Assembly: GCA_905236965.1 (NCBI GenBank)
Contig: CAJOQR010000033.1
Coordinates: 1-59,924 of the forward strand
Direction: 5' to 3'
DNA from: an uncultured Acholeplasmatales bacterium
GTDB taxonomy: Bacteria > Bacillota_I > Bacilli_A > Acholeplasmatales > Anaeroplasmataceae
DNA length: 59,924 nt
In this document: positions 30,408-39,382 of the stretch, piece by piece
How the letters are laid out: each line of letters starts with the position of its first letter
How positions within the stretch are numbered: position 1 is the stretch's first letter
Notes under the pieces: model-generated
Database searches by the model: none
Seen by the model: the letters and a program-made list of their open reading frames with translations, nothing else
Told to the model about the DNA's origin: nothing
Translations under genes and position numbers: made by a program

Positions 30408-31070
30408 TTAATTTCCTACATTGATAACATAATCAGCTTCTAGTTTATCTTTTCCAAAGCCTGAATCAATACCAACAGTTACAAATCCACGCTTTTTACC
30501 TTCTTGTAAATATTTATTTACATCTTCAAATAAAACTACTTCATTTGGCTCTGCATTTTTAATTAATTTTTCAAAAATATAATCATAATAATATTGTTTT
30601 GTTTTAGTTTCATCACAAATACATGTATTTTGATCATTAAAGAATCTTAACATATCCCATTCTTTTAACATTTTATGAATCATATTTTTATTTTGTGCAG
30701 AAACTAAAAATATTCTTATTCCTAAAATACCACTTCTTAAAACCTCTTGAATAAATGGGAAAGGTTTTGCCTTCTTTAAAATTAGCTTTTCAGCAACTTT
30801 AACTCTTTCTTTTGAATATTTTTCATATCCTTTTCCCTTTTCACCAGCAATATTAATATTATAATCTTTTTCAATTTGTTTTAAGAAAATCTCTTCAGGT
30901 GTACCTAAGTATGAATAGATGTGTTCTAAATCAACTTCGATTCCAAAATTTTTCTTTAAAACAATATTATGAGCCTCCCAATGAATTCTTTCTGTATCAG
31001 CAATTGTACCATCTAAATCAAAAATTAAAGCTCTACGATCGTTAAGTAATTTTTCTAAGCCCTTATCCAT
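30408..31070 (-). CDS. HAD-IA family phosphatase (beta-phosphoglucomutase-like)
   Basis: FDLDGTIADTE, LFED; ATG 31070 follows AAGGGAGG. Confidence 0.85.
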   Translation of the reverse strand: MDKGLEKLLNDRRALIFDLDGTIADTERIHWEAHNIVLKKNFGIEVDLEHIYSYLGTPEEIFLKQIEKDYNINIAGEKGKGYEKYSKERVKVAEKLILKKAKPFPFIQEVLRSGILGIRIFLVSAQNKNMIHKMLKEWDMLRFFNDQNTCICDETKTKQYYYDYIFEKLIKNAEPNEVVLFEDVNKYLQEGKKRGFVTVGIDSGFGKDKLEADYVINVGN

Positions 31071-31241
31071 AAAAAAATCCTCCCTTTTATTTAATTTTTT
31101 TATCAATGTTATTTGTATATTTATTATATGATATACACAAAAAAAAATCAACATTGAAAATTTTTTGAAAAAAATTATTCTAATTTATTATTAAAAATTT
31201 AAAAATTTATAAAAATATAATTAAAATTTATAAAAAAAGTG

Positions 31242-31271
31242 TTTACAATTATATCAAAATATTGTTATAAT
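31242..31271 (+). promoter_or_regulatory. sigma70-type promoter for the DUF4926-like gene
   Basis: TTTACA-18 bp-TATAAT with extended TG. Confidence 0.6.
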
Positions 31272-31372
31272 AATTACAAAGATTTTAAATTAAAAATTTC
31301 ATAGAAATTTTTAAAAATTTTTTAAAAAAGTCTTCGCATTTTAAAATTGGGAGAAAAGGAGGATGCTTAAAA

Positions 31373-31564
31373 ATGGTCAATTTATATGACTGTGTTAAAA
31401 TTACTGAGCCTGTTGATGGATTTCCAAAAGGCACATATGGAGTTGTACTTTATTGTTATCCAGAAAATGATGACTGCGATGTTAGCTTAGTAGATGAAGA
31501 ACAAAGAACCTTAGGAGTTATAACTTGCCAAAGATCTATGTTATCAAGCGTTGAGCCTTTTTAA
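31373..31564 (+). CDS. DUF4926-like small protein
   Basis: LYD.V.I......G.PKGT.G.V........V...D....T pattern; strong SD AAGGAGG; terminator follows. Confidence 0.75.
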   Translation: MVNLYDCVKITEPVDGFPKGTYGVVLYCYPENDDCDVSLVDEEQRTLGVITCQRSMLSSVEPF

Positions 31565-31574
31565 TCGAAGATTT

Positions 31575-31603
31575 GGATATCATTTGATATCCTTTTTCTT
31601 TTT
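31575..31603 (+). terminator. intrinsic terminator
   Basis: GGATATCA-tt-TGATATCC plus T-tract. Confidence 0.7.
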
Positions 31604-31654
31604 TATTTCAATTTTTAAATTTAAATATGTTATAATTAAAAAGGGTGAGTTTGA

Positions 31655-32491
31655 ATGAAGTTTGATGAATTATTTGATAATTATCCAATTCCGTTTTTTG
31701 TTATTGAGCCTATTTATAATGAAAAGGAAGAAATGATTAATTTTAAATATAGGTATTTAAATGAATCATTTGCTAGATTTTTAGGAAAATCTAAAAATGA
31801 AATTTATTTAAATGATTTTATATCTATGTATGGTGAAAATTATGAAAAGGATTGGATGAATTTTTTTAATAAAATTATTGAGACAAAGGGTTTTATTTCA
31901 GAAACAAGATTTACATCAATTATTAAAAGAACAATAGTAATTGAATCATTTTATATAAAACCAAATTTAATTGCTAATTTTATAAAAGATTTTTATTCTC
32001 CTAAAAATGAATTAGATGAAAAAAATAAGCCTAATATTGATATATTAAGAAAAGCAAATTATGATTACATGACTAATTTTTATAATGAAAATTATTTAAA
32101 AGAAAATTTAAAATTAATTGAACAAAGTCAAAAAATAGGATTTGTTTTTTTAGATATTAATAATTTAACAAAAATTAATAATGAAAAAGGACATAAAGCA
32201 GGAGATGAATTAATTCTAGATTTTGTTAATGAAGTAAGATCTAATTTTGTTGGTAATGATTATTTTCGTTTAGGTGGAGATGAATTTTTAGTTATTGTTA
32301 TTGGATTAACTGAAAATAAATTTAATGAATTATGCTTAAATGTTCAAAAAAAGTTTGATGAAATGGATTTAGCATCACTTGGATTTAAATTCTATGAATC
32401 AATTGTTGATTTATATGAATGTATAAAAGAAGCAGAACAAGATATGCTATCTCATAGGAAGCAGGTAAGAAGATTAAATGTTAAAAAGTAG
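31655..32491 (+). CDS. PAS-like plus GGDEF domain protein (putative diguanylate cyclase)
   Basis: LDINNL..IN...GHKAGD, FRLGGDEF. Confidence 0.88.
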   Translation: MKFDELFDNYPIPFFVIEPIYNEKEEMINFKYRYLNESFARFLGKSKNEIYLNDFISMYGENYEKDWMNFFNKIIETKGFISETRFTSIIKRTIVIESFYIKPNLIANFIKDFYSPKNELDEKNKPNIDILRKANYDYMTNFYNENYLKENLKLIEQSQKIGFVFLDINNLTKINNEKGHKAGDELILDFVNEVRSNFVGNDYFRLGGDEFLVIVIGLTENKFNELCLNVQKKFDEMDLASLGFKFYESIVDLYECIKEAEQDMLSHRKQVRRLNVKK

Positions 32492-33260
32492 TTACACATT
32501 AATAAGTGGAGCAACATCTGGAATTGGTTTTGAGCTTGCAAAAAATTTTGCTAAAGATGGGTATAATTTAATTTTAGTTTCAAGAAGCTTATCTTCTTTA
32601 GAAGAAAAAAAATTAGAATTAAAAGAATTAAATAATAATATTGATATAAAAATATTTGCATATGATTTAAGCGTTATTGAAAATACATATTCTCTTTATG
32701 AACAAATAAAAGAAAATAATTTAGAAGTAAATTTTTTAGTTAATAATGCAGGATTTGGTGATTCAGGTGAATTTTTAAATGCGAATATAAATAAATTAAA
32801 TCAAATGGTTGATTTAAATATGAAATCATTAATGAATATGTGTTATTTATTTGGTAATGATATGAAAGAAAGAAAAAGTGGTAAAATATTAAATGTTGCA
32901 TCTGTTGCTGCATATTTAGCTGGGCCTTATATGTCATGTTATTATGCAACAAAATCATTTGTACTTAATTTTTCTATAGGTCTTTACCATGAATTAAAAA
33001 AATATGGAATAAAAATCCATATTTTATGTCCTGGACCTACAAAGACAAAATTTATTGATGTATGTGAATCAAAAAATAAAAAAGCCTTTGATAATTTATC
33101 AATGGATCCTAAAAAAGTTGCTAAAAAATGTTATAAAAAAATGAAAAAGAATAAATTAATAATAAATACAGGATTTATATCTAAATTTAGTTCTTTTTCA
33201 ACAAGATTTTTATCAAGAAAATTTGCATCTAAATTAACTGAAAAAGTTAATGGCAAATAA
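32478..33260 (+). CDS. SDR family oxidoreductase (DltE-like)
   Basis: SGATSGIG, NNAGFG, YYATK, LCPGPT. Confidence 0.92.
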   Translation: MLKSSYTLISGATSGIGFELAKNFAKDGYNLILVSRSLSSLEEKKLELKELNNNIDIKIFAYDLSVIENTYSLYEQIKENNLEVNFLVNNAGFGDSGEFLNANINKLNQMVDLNMKSLMNMCYLFGNDMKERKSGKILNVASVAAYLAGPYMSCYYATKSFVLNFSIGLYHELKKYGIKIHILCPGPTKTKFIDVCESKNKKAFDNLSMDPKKVAKKCYKKMKKNKLIINTGFISKFSSFSTRFLSRKFASKLTEKVNGK

Positions 33261-33315
33261 AATTGACACAATTTTATAAAATAGTATAATAAAAATAGAG
33301 TTTTAGGAGGATTAT

Positions 33316-33627
33316 ATGGTTAAAGAGCATAAAAGTTTAGTTGAATATAAATTTGATACACAATTATTAATTGATATTGCTGATATGGATGTTGATGATG
33401 CAGAAGATAAATTAAGAGATTATGTATTAAATGAATTAAAAGGTGATTCATTGGTTGTAGCAGGATTTGAAGATGAAGATGAAGATGGTAATCCAGCTAA
33501 TTTTTTAAAGGTTCATTTTCACACTAATGAACCATGGCTAGTTTTATCATACGGACAATCAATTGGTGATATTTATGATGTTGTTGTTGAAAATATGCAA
33601 CGTCAAGCTGATGGCTTAAAAGGATAA
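33316..33627 (+). CDS. stand-alone FakA/YloV middle-domain-like protein
   Basis: GDSLVV...KVHFHTNEP..VL.YG...G......ENM..Q matches the middle domain of DAK2/fatty acid kinase A proteins. Confidence 0.8.
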   Translation: MVKEHKSLVEYKFDTQLLIDIADMDVDDAEDKLRDYVLNELKGDSLVVAGFEDEDEDGNPANFLKVHFHTNEPWLVLSYGQSIGDIYDVVVENMQRQADGLKG

Positions 33628-33712
33628 CTTTTAAGCTTTTTGCTTTTTTAGTATATCGGTATTACTCAGAATTTATCGTAAGAAATTAAAAAGTTGAAAA
33701 GGGGTTATTAAC

Positions 33713-33829
33713 ATGAAAATTGTTGCACAAATGAAATTAAAAGATAGTATGTGTGTGGTTGTCAAAGATGATATACCTATTGGAAATGAAAATTATGATA
33801 AGAGAATAAAAGGTGATTGGAATGGCTAG
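33713..33829 (+). CDS. 38-aa hypothetical ORF or gene fragment (not in ORF track)
   Basis: AAAAGGGG SD then MKIVAQMKLKDSMCVVVKDDIPIGNENYDKRIKGDWNG; stop overlaps next start. Confidence 0.4.
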   Translation: MKIVAQMKLKDSMCVVVKDDIPIGNENYDKRIKGDWNG

Positions 33830-34055
33830 TGAAAAAAAGATTGATGAGTTAAGTAAAATGATTTGCAAAAGATTAAAAGGTGATGGCTTATCAATTGAAG
33901 AAGCACAACCATATTACATTGGTATTATGAATTTACTTGATGAACTAGATGATTCAGTTGTTGACAAGTATTTAAAAGACATAGCTGAGTGTCCAAAAGC
34001 TAAACATGATGTCCTTTTAGAAATAGCCGTTTATTACCATAAAGGATTATTTTAG
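33822..34055 (+). CDS. hypothetical protein (77 aa)
   Basis: ATG 33822 after AAAGGTGA; no recognisable family. Confidence 0.6.
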   Translation: MASEKKIDELSKMICKRLKGDGLSIEEAQPYYIGIMNLLDELDDSVVDKYLKDIAECPKAKHDVLLEIAVYYHKGLF

Positions 34056-34193
34056 GATGTTTTCTCAAATAACCTTAAAACGCACAAAATTATCAAATAA
34101 AACATATATTTTATTATTTATTAGAAAACATTAATATATAAAAAAAGATAATCAGCTAAATCATGATTATCCTTTTTTTATGAGAAAATATTT

Positions 34194-34934
34194 TTAATTA
34201 TTATTTTCTATTGATATTATTTTATAATCAACATATACCCAGAAATTCTTATTATCAAAGTCTGTTATTTCATTACCATTTATAATAACTTTAAGATCAT
34301 CTGCAAATTGGTATTGTTGATTATAAGTTGTAAAAACTATTATTGCATTATATGTAGTATCTTTTTCTATTTTACCTGCAAATACATCATATTCACCACT
34401 ATACCAATAAGATTCATTATCACTGACATAATAATCTAAATTATCATTAACTTTTGTGATAGGCTTATTAGTTTGTTTTCTATAATCATTATTTGTATCA
34501 TCAATAGTAGTACCTACAATAGGAGCTTCAATTGTTGCTTCAATTTGATGAATATAAATAACATCTTTCCATAAATATTTAATAACTGTATCTTTGTTAA
34601 TTTCTATTTCATCATTAGGATTTTTTCTTACTCCATCAATCTCATAAGCATCAAATATTTTTCCTACAGGATTAATTATAGTTCTTTTATGTCCATCTTC
34701 AATTAAATTAATTTCTGGAAGTTCTGGAATTTCAGGAAGTGAAAAAGTTGAGCCGGCTTCAAATTCTAAAGGTAAGATTGGATAGTTAATATCTTCAGTT
34801 CCGCCATTTAAATCAAAAGTTATAGCTATAGTTTTTGCTTGATTATCACAAGCAGCAAAAGAAAATAAACTAATAAACATAAATAATACTCCTAATATAG
34901 TCTTAATAAAAGACTTTTTATTTTTTAATTCTAT
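34194..34934 (-). CDS. putative lipoprotein with Listeria-Bacteroides (InlB B-repeat)-like domain; start uncertain (ATA 34934 or ATG 34880)
   Basis: Lipobox FAAC; ITFDLNGG...F..Y......W repeat motif; frame open upstream of ATG through a basic n-region. Confidence 0.7.
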   Translation of the reverse strand: MELKNKKSFIKTILGVLFMFISLFSFAACDNQAKTIAITFDLNGGTEDINYPILPLEFEAGSTFSLPEIPELPEINLIEDGHKRTIINPVGKIFDAYEIDGVRKNPNDEIEINKDTVIKYLWKDVIYIHQIEATIEAPIVGTTIDDTNNDYRKQTNKPITKVNDNLDYYVSDNESYWYSGEYDVFAGKIEKDTTYNAIIVFTTYNQQYQFADDLKVIINGNEITDFDNKNFWVYVDYKIISIENNN

Positions 34935-35127
34935 ATTATTTCTCCTTTTATATATCGATAATATTTCCTTACAATAAAATTTTAAAATGAAAATACTAAT
35001 AAGTCAAATTTATTTAAACAAATATGCATAAAACTATCTTATTATATTACCAATATATATGATACTGATGGTGTTACTATAATTGAAAAAGTAATATCTT
35101 AAAAATTAACCTTTTCAATAAATAAAA

Positions 35128-35163
35128 AATAAGTTTTGATAAAAATATCAAAACTTATTTTTA
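35128..35163 (-). terminator. terminator overlapping ATP-grasp stop codon
   Basis: AAATAAGTTTTGATA-aaaa-TATCAAAACTTATTT. Confidence 0.75.
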
Positions 35164-36347
35164 GTTAAAACCATTTCTTTAAATTCTTGCATTTCATCAA
35201 AAGATTCAAATTTTGCTATAAAAAATTCGTTTCCCATTGCTGATGCTAAAGCATCGCTCATTCTTTTATGCATTGTTATTTTATCTTTATATTTATTTAA
35301 TATTTCATCTGATTTATATAAATAATTATATTGATCTCGCCTTGATGCATACATACAATAATATTTTGGATAATCTAATTTAACATTTCTTATTTCATTA
35401 TAAGAAATAATATCAGCATATATTTGATATGTATTTACTGATTGAGCAAAATTAATCATATCAGGTGTATATCCTCCAGGTGGACGCATATTAACTTCTA
35501 ATGCTACAATATCTCCAATTTTTCCTAATCCTTTTTTTTCTTTTGTTAATTTAAAAAATTCTAAATGGAAATATCTTGATTTTATTTTAAATGCTTTTAA
35601 AACCTTTTGTCCTATATTATAGATATTTTTTGGGACTTCTTTATTAACATAATATGCAAGCTCTAAATTTTCATTTACTATATCCATAATAGAAGGAGGG
35701 AAAACCTCATTATCTGAAAAAACAACATTTGAATTTTCATCTACAATACCATCAAAAGAAGTAATATCTCCTTCAATATATTCTTCCATAATATATGGAA
35801 CATTAAATCCTCTTTTATAAAAATTTTCTAAATCTTTTCTAGATGTAATTTTATATGTTGCAGAAGCTCCTACTCCAACATCGGGTTTAACAACAACAGG
35901 ATATTCTAAAACATCTTCAATGTATTTAATATCATCTTCTAAATTTGTTAAAAATTTATATCTTGCAACTGGAACTTTTGCCTTAATATAAAAATCTTTC
36001 ATATGGCTTTTTGATGTGAATGCTTCAACATCAGATATTTTAGCACCATCAATATTAAAATCTGTTCTTAATTTTGCATCTTGTCTTAGCCAATATTCAT
36101 TATTAGATTCTAATCTATCAATCTTTCCATATTTAAAGCTAAAAAAAGCAACTGCTCTATAAACCTCATCATAGCTTTCAAGTGAATTTACTTTATAATA
36201 TTCTGTTAATGAATTTTTTACTTCATCTTTTAATTCATTGTATGGTGTATCACCTATACCTAAAACATTTTCTCCATTTTTAAGTAATGCTTCACAAAAA
36301 TGGTAATAATTTTCTGGAAATGCTGGTGAAATAAAAATAAAATTCAT
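35148..36347 (-). CDS. ATP-grasp domain protein
   Basis: MNFIFISP.FP, ESNNEYWL, KPDVGVGA, MEEYI, FHLEFF, EVNMRPPGG. Confidence 0.88.
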   Translation of the reverse strand: MNFIFISPAFPENYYHFCEALLKNGENVLGIGDTPYNELKDEVKNSLTEYYKVNSLESYDEVYRAVAFFSFKYGKIDRLESNNEYWLRQDAKLRTDFNIDGAKISDVEAFTSKSHMKDFYIKAKVPVARYKFLTNLEDDIKYIEDVLEYPVVVKPDVGVGASATYKITSRKDLENFYKRGFNVPYIMEEYIEGDITSFDGIVDENSNVVFSDNEVFPPSIMDIVNENLELAYYVNKEVPKNIYNIGQKVLKAFKIKSRYFHLEFFKLTKEKKGLGKIGDIVALEVNMRPPGGYTPDMINFAQSVNTYQIYADIISYNEIRNVKLDYPKYYCMYASRRDQYNYLYKSDEILNKYKDKITMHKRMSDALASAMGNEFFIAKFESFDEMQEFKEMVLTKNKF

Positions 36348-36479
36348 AAAATATCACTCCCTTTTTTTAATTATATCATAATAAGTTTTAAATTGTGATT
36401 GAAAGTGTTTTTTTAGTGTTGTTGAAATTATATTATTTTTAATGTATAATTTAGTCAAATATAAATAAGAGGATTAGTT

Positions 36480-37331
36480 ATGAAAAAGAAGAAAGAAAAA
36501 TTAATTAAAGAAGAAGATTTTGATATAAAATCTCCTGAAGAAAAAGAAAAGGAAAAAGAAGAAAAAAAAGAAGCAAAAAAAGAAAAATCACCTGTAAAAG
36601 TATATTCAACATATAAATTTATTTTTTTCATATTTGCTTTTGCAATTTTAGTTACTTTTGGAATAATGATTTTAATATTCCAAGATAATGCTACTGGTGC
36701 AATTTATATGGCAACTGCTTTAGTTGCAGGTTTTGCTGCTATTATAAGGTTGGTTCCATTACTTAAAACAACAAGGTCTAAAAGAGCTAAGCTTGTAAGC
36801 TTAATTGAAATTATTTTTCATTTAGTTGTTTCTGTTTATTTAGTTGTTGCAGCATTAGTTTTATGGGGAGAAGTAAATTCTGATGATTTTACAACTGGAA
36901 ACTATAATTGGTTTAATAATTTTAATTTTGATGCATATAAATATATTTTGATTTCACTTCTTGCAACAAGATCTTTAGTTTATTATTATGTAACAATTGA
37001 TTGTGGCGAAGGTACTGATAAAACTAAATTTGTATTCCACACAATTATAAATATTGCTGCAATTGTTTTAGCTGCTATTCCTTTTGATTCTAAGCAAGTT
37101 CCTTTAGTTTTAGCAATAATTGCATTCATATCTGCTTTAGTTATTGGTGGAGAAGCAGGAGGAGGATATTATAGATATAGAAAATCTATTGCTAAGCCTA
37201 AAAAGGATAAAAAGGCAAAAAATGCTGAAATAGAAGCTCCAGCAAAAGATGATAATAAAGAAATTTCAGATGTTGACCCTAATATAATTCCAGTTAATGA
37301 TGATGCTCCATCAGATTCAGCTGTTATGTAA
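36480..37331 (+). CDS. hypothetical membrane protein with charged N- and C-terminal tails
   Basis: KE-rich N-terminus, about six TMs, acidic C-terminus; own terminator at 37336-37356. Confidence 0.8.
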   Translation: MKKKKEKLIKEEDFDIKSPEEKEKEKEEKKEAKKEKSPVKVYSTYKFIFFIFAFAILVTFGIMILIFQDNATGAIYMATALVAGFAAIIRLVPLLKTTRSKRAKLVSLIEIIFHLVVSVYLVVAALVLWGEVNSDDFTTGNYNWFNNFNFDAYKYILISLLATRSLVYYYVTIDCGEGTDKTKFVFHTIINIAAIVLAAIPFDSKQVPLVLAIIAFISALVIGGEAGGGYYRYRKSIAKPKKDKKAKNAEIEAPAKDDNKEISDVDPNIIPVNDDAPSDSAVM

Positions 37332-37441
37332 ATTTAAAAGCCATTTTTGGCTTTTTAATTTTTATATTGTTGCTTTTAAGAATCATTTTGTGTTAAACTA
37401 TAAATAGAAATAAACGATACATTTGAAAGGAAGTAAATATT

Positions 37442-37810
37442 ATGAAAACTAAAGTTTATTTGAACAACGAGACAAAAGAGATAGTGCTTGCTCTTAATGG
37501 CACTAAATCATTAGGTGATGGATTTAAAGAATTAATTGCGAATACTACTGATGGTGCAAGAGAAAAGCATGTGCCTAATGTAGAAATTAATGGAAATGTA
37601 ATTAATATAAAAGTAGGTTCAGCAAGACATCCAATGCTAGATGAGCATTATATTCAATTTATTTTGTTAGAAACAACTTCAATGAGTATGATTAAATATT
37701 TAAAGCCTAATGATGAACCAGAGGCAACATTTATTTTAAATGAAAAAGAAAAACCAATTGCAGTATATGAATATTGTAATCTTCATGGTTTATGGAAATA
37801 TGAAATTTAA
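37442..37810 (+). CDS. superoxide reductase (desulfoferrodoxin/neelaredoxin family)
   Basis: EKHVP, HPM..EHYI, YCNLHGLW centre-II ligands. Confidence 0.93.
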   Translation: MKTKVYLNNETKEIVLALNGTKSLGDGFKELIANTTDGAREKHVPNVEINGNVINIKVGSARHPMLDEHYIQFILLETTSMSMIKYLKPNDEPEATFILNEKEKPIAVYEYCNLHGLWKYEI

Positions 37811-37835
37811 AAATTAATTTATAAATTAAATATGT

Positions 37836-37877
37836 AAAATTCGTAAGGTTATTTTTTAATAATTTTACGAATTTTTT
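37836..37877 (+). terminator. intrinsic terminator after SOR
   Basis: AAAATTCGTAAGGTTATT..AATAATTTTACGAATTTT. Confidence 0.7.
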
Positions 37878-37899
37878 ATATAATTAAGATTTAATTTTC

Positions 37900-37927
37900 T
37901 TTACAATTAAATTGATTATGGTATAAT
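37900..37927 (+). promoter_or_regulatory. tig promoter
   Basis: TTTACA-16 bp-TATAAT with extended TG. Confidence 0.65.
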
Positions 37928-38025
37928 AAAACTTGTCATTTTGTAAAAAAAGGAATTAAGAGATTATTATTTTTTTAGGAGGAGCAGATTATTCCTTTAA
38001 AATCTCTAATCTGCAATTTAAAATA

Positions 38026-39309
38026 ATGGTTACAGAAAAGTTAGAACATAGTAGAATTAAAGCAATATTTGATGTTACAGCTTTAGAATTTGAAAAAGCA
38101 TTAGATAAATCTTTTGAAATAAATAATGCTAAAGTTACAATTCAAGGATTTAGAAAAGGTAAAGCACCAAGAGCTGTTTATGAAAAGCATTATGGAGTAG
38201 AATCTTTATATAATGATGCTTTAAATGAAATTTTAGCTCAAAAAGAAAATGAAATTTTAGCTGATGAAAAATTAGTTGAAGAAATTTGTGGTCAATTTAT
38301 TCCTGATATTGAAGGTAAATTAGAAAGAGGTAAGGATTTTAAAGTATCTATTTCTTTTGATGTATTACCTGAAGTAACTTTACCTCAATATAAAGGTGTA
38401 GAAGTTGGTAAAAAGGTTTTAACTGCAACAGATGATGAAGTTGATGCATCAATTAAAGCATTAATTGCAAAAGATATTGTTAAAGAAGCAAAGCCTGAAC
38501 AAGTCATTGCAAAAGGTGATTTTGCAACATTTGATTTTGTTGGAAAAGTTGATGGAAAAGAATTTGATGGTGGTAAAGCAGATAATTATGAACTTCAAAT
38601 TGGTTCAGGCCAATTTATTCCAGGATTTGAAGATCAAATGATTGGTATGAAAGCTGAAGAAGTTAAAGATATAAATGTTAAATTCCCAGATAATTATGGC
38701 GCTGAAAATTTAGCTGGAAAAGATGCAGTATTTACAGTTACAGTTCATGAAATTAAGGTTGAAAAATTACCTGAATTAACAGATGAATATGTTAAGGGCT
38801 TAAATTTTAAAGATGCAACTAATTTAGATGAATTAAAAGCATTAAAGAAAAAAGAATTAGAAGATGCTAAGGTTGTATCTGAAAAAGATAGACAAACAAA
38901 TGAAATTGTAAATAAGATTATTGATGGTACTAAAGTTGATATGCCTGCATCACTTCCTGAACAAAGAGCAAATCAATTAAAGTCTCAATTTGAAATGCAA
39001 GCTAAACAATATAATATTCCATTTGATACTTATTTAAGTTTAATGAATATTACAAAAGAAGATTTTGAAAATAGAATTAATGAACAAGCAACACGTCAAG
39101 CTATTTTTGATTTAGCTGCTGCTGAAATTATTGAAAAAGAAAATTTAGTTGCAACAGATGAACAAGTAAAAGCTAAGGCAGAAGAAATTGCTAAAGCTCA
39201 AAATAAAGATGTTGATTCTATTTTAAAGAAACAAAATGATCAATTAATTAATTCAATTACTTATGATAATTTTATGAATTTCTTAGTTGATAATGCCAAA
39301 GAAATTTAA
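38026..39309 (+). CDS. tig: trigger factor
   Basis: GFRKGKAP signature, FKBP domain (FDGGKA, GSGQFIPGFEDQ, FPDNY). Confidence 0.97.
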   Translation: MVTEKLEHSRIKAIFDVTALEFEKALDKSFEINNAKVTIQGFRKGKAPRAVYEKHYGVESLYNDALNEILAQKENEILADEKLVEEICGQFIPDIEGKLERGKDFKVSISFDVLPEVTLPQYKGVEVGKKVLTATDDEVDASIKALIAKDIVKEAKPEQVIAKGDFATFDFVGKVDGKEFDGGKADNYELQIGSGQFIPGFEDQMIGMKAEEVKDINVKFPDNYGAENLAGKDAVFTVTVHEIKVEKLPELTDEYVKGLNFKDATNLDELKALKKKELEDAKVVSEKDRQTNEIVNKIIDGTKVDMPASLPEQRANQLKSQFEMQAKQYNIPFDTYLSLMNITKEDFENRINEQATRQAIFDLAAAEIIEKENLVATDEQVKAKAEEIAKAQNKDVDSILKKQNDQLINSITYDNFMNFLVDNAKEI

Positions 39310-39317
39310 AAAAAGTT

Positions 39318-39346
39318 AAATATGAGGGAATTTCCCTCATATTTTT
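39318..39346 (+). terminator. tig terminator
   Basis: AAATATGAGGGA-att-TCCCTCATATTT(TT). Confidence 0.8.
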
Positions 39347-39382
39347 GTAAAAAAATGTTTTTTTGTGTGAAAAAATAAAATT

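Noticed and set aside
35040-35102. Coding-like fragment NIYDTDGVTIIEKVIS
   Set aside because: No start or SD, too short to assign as a pseudogene
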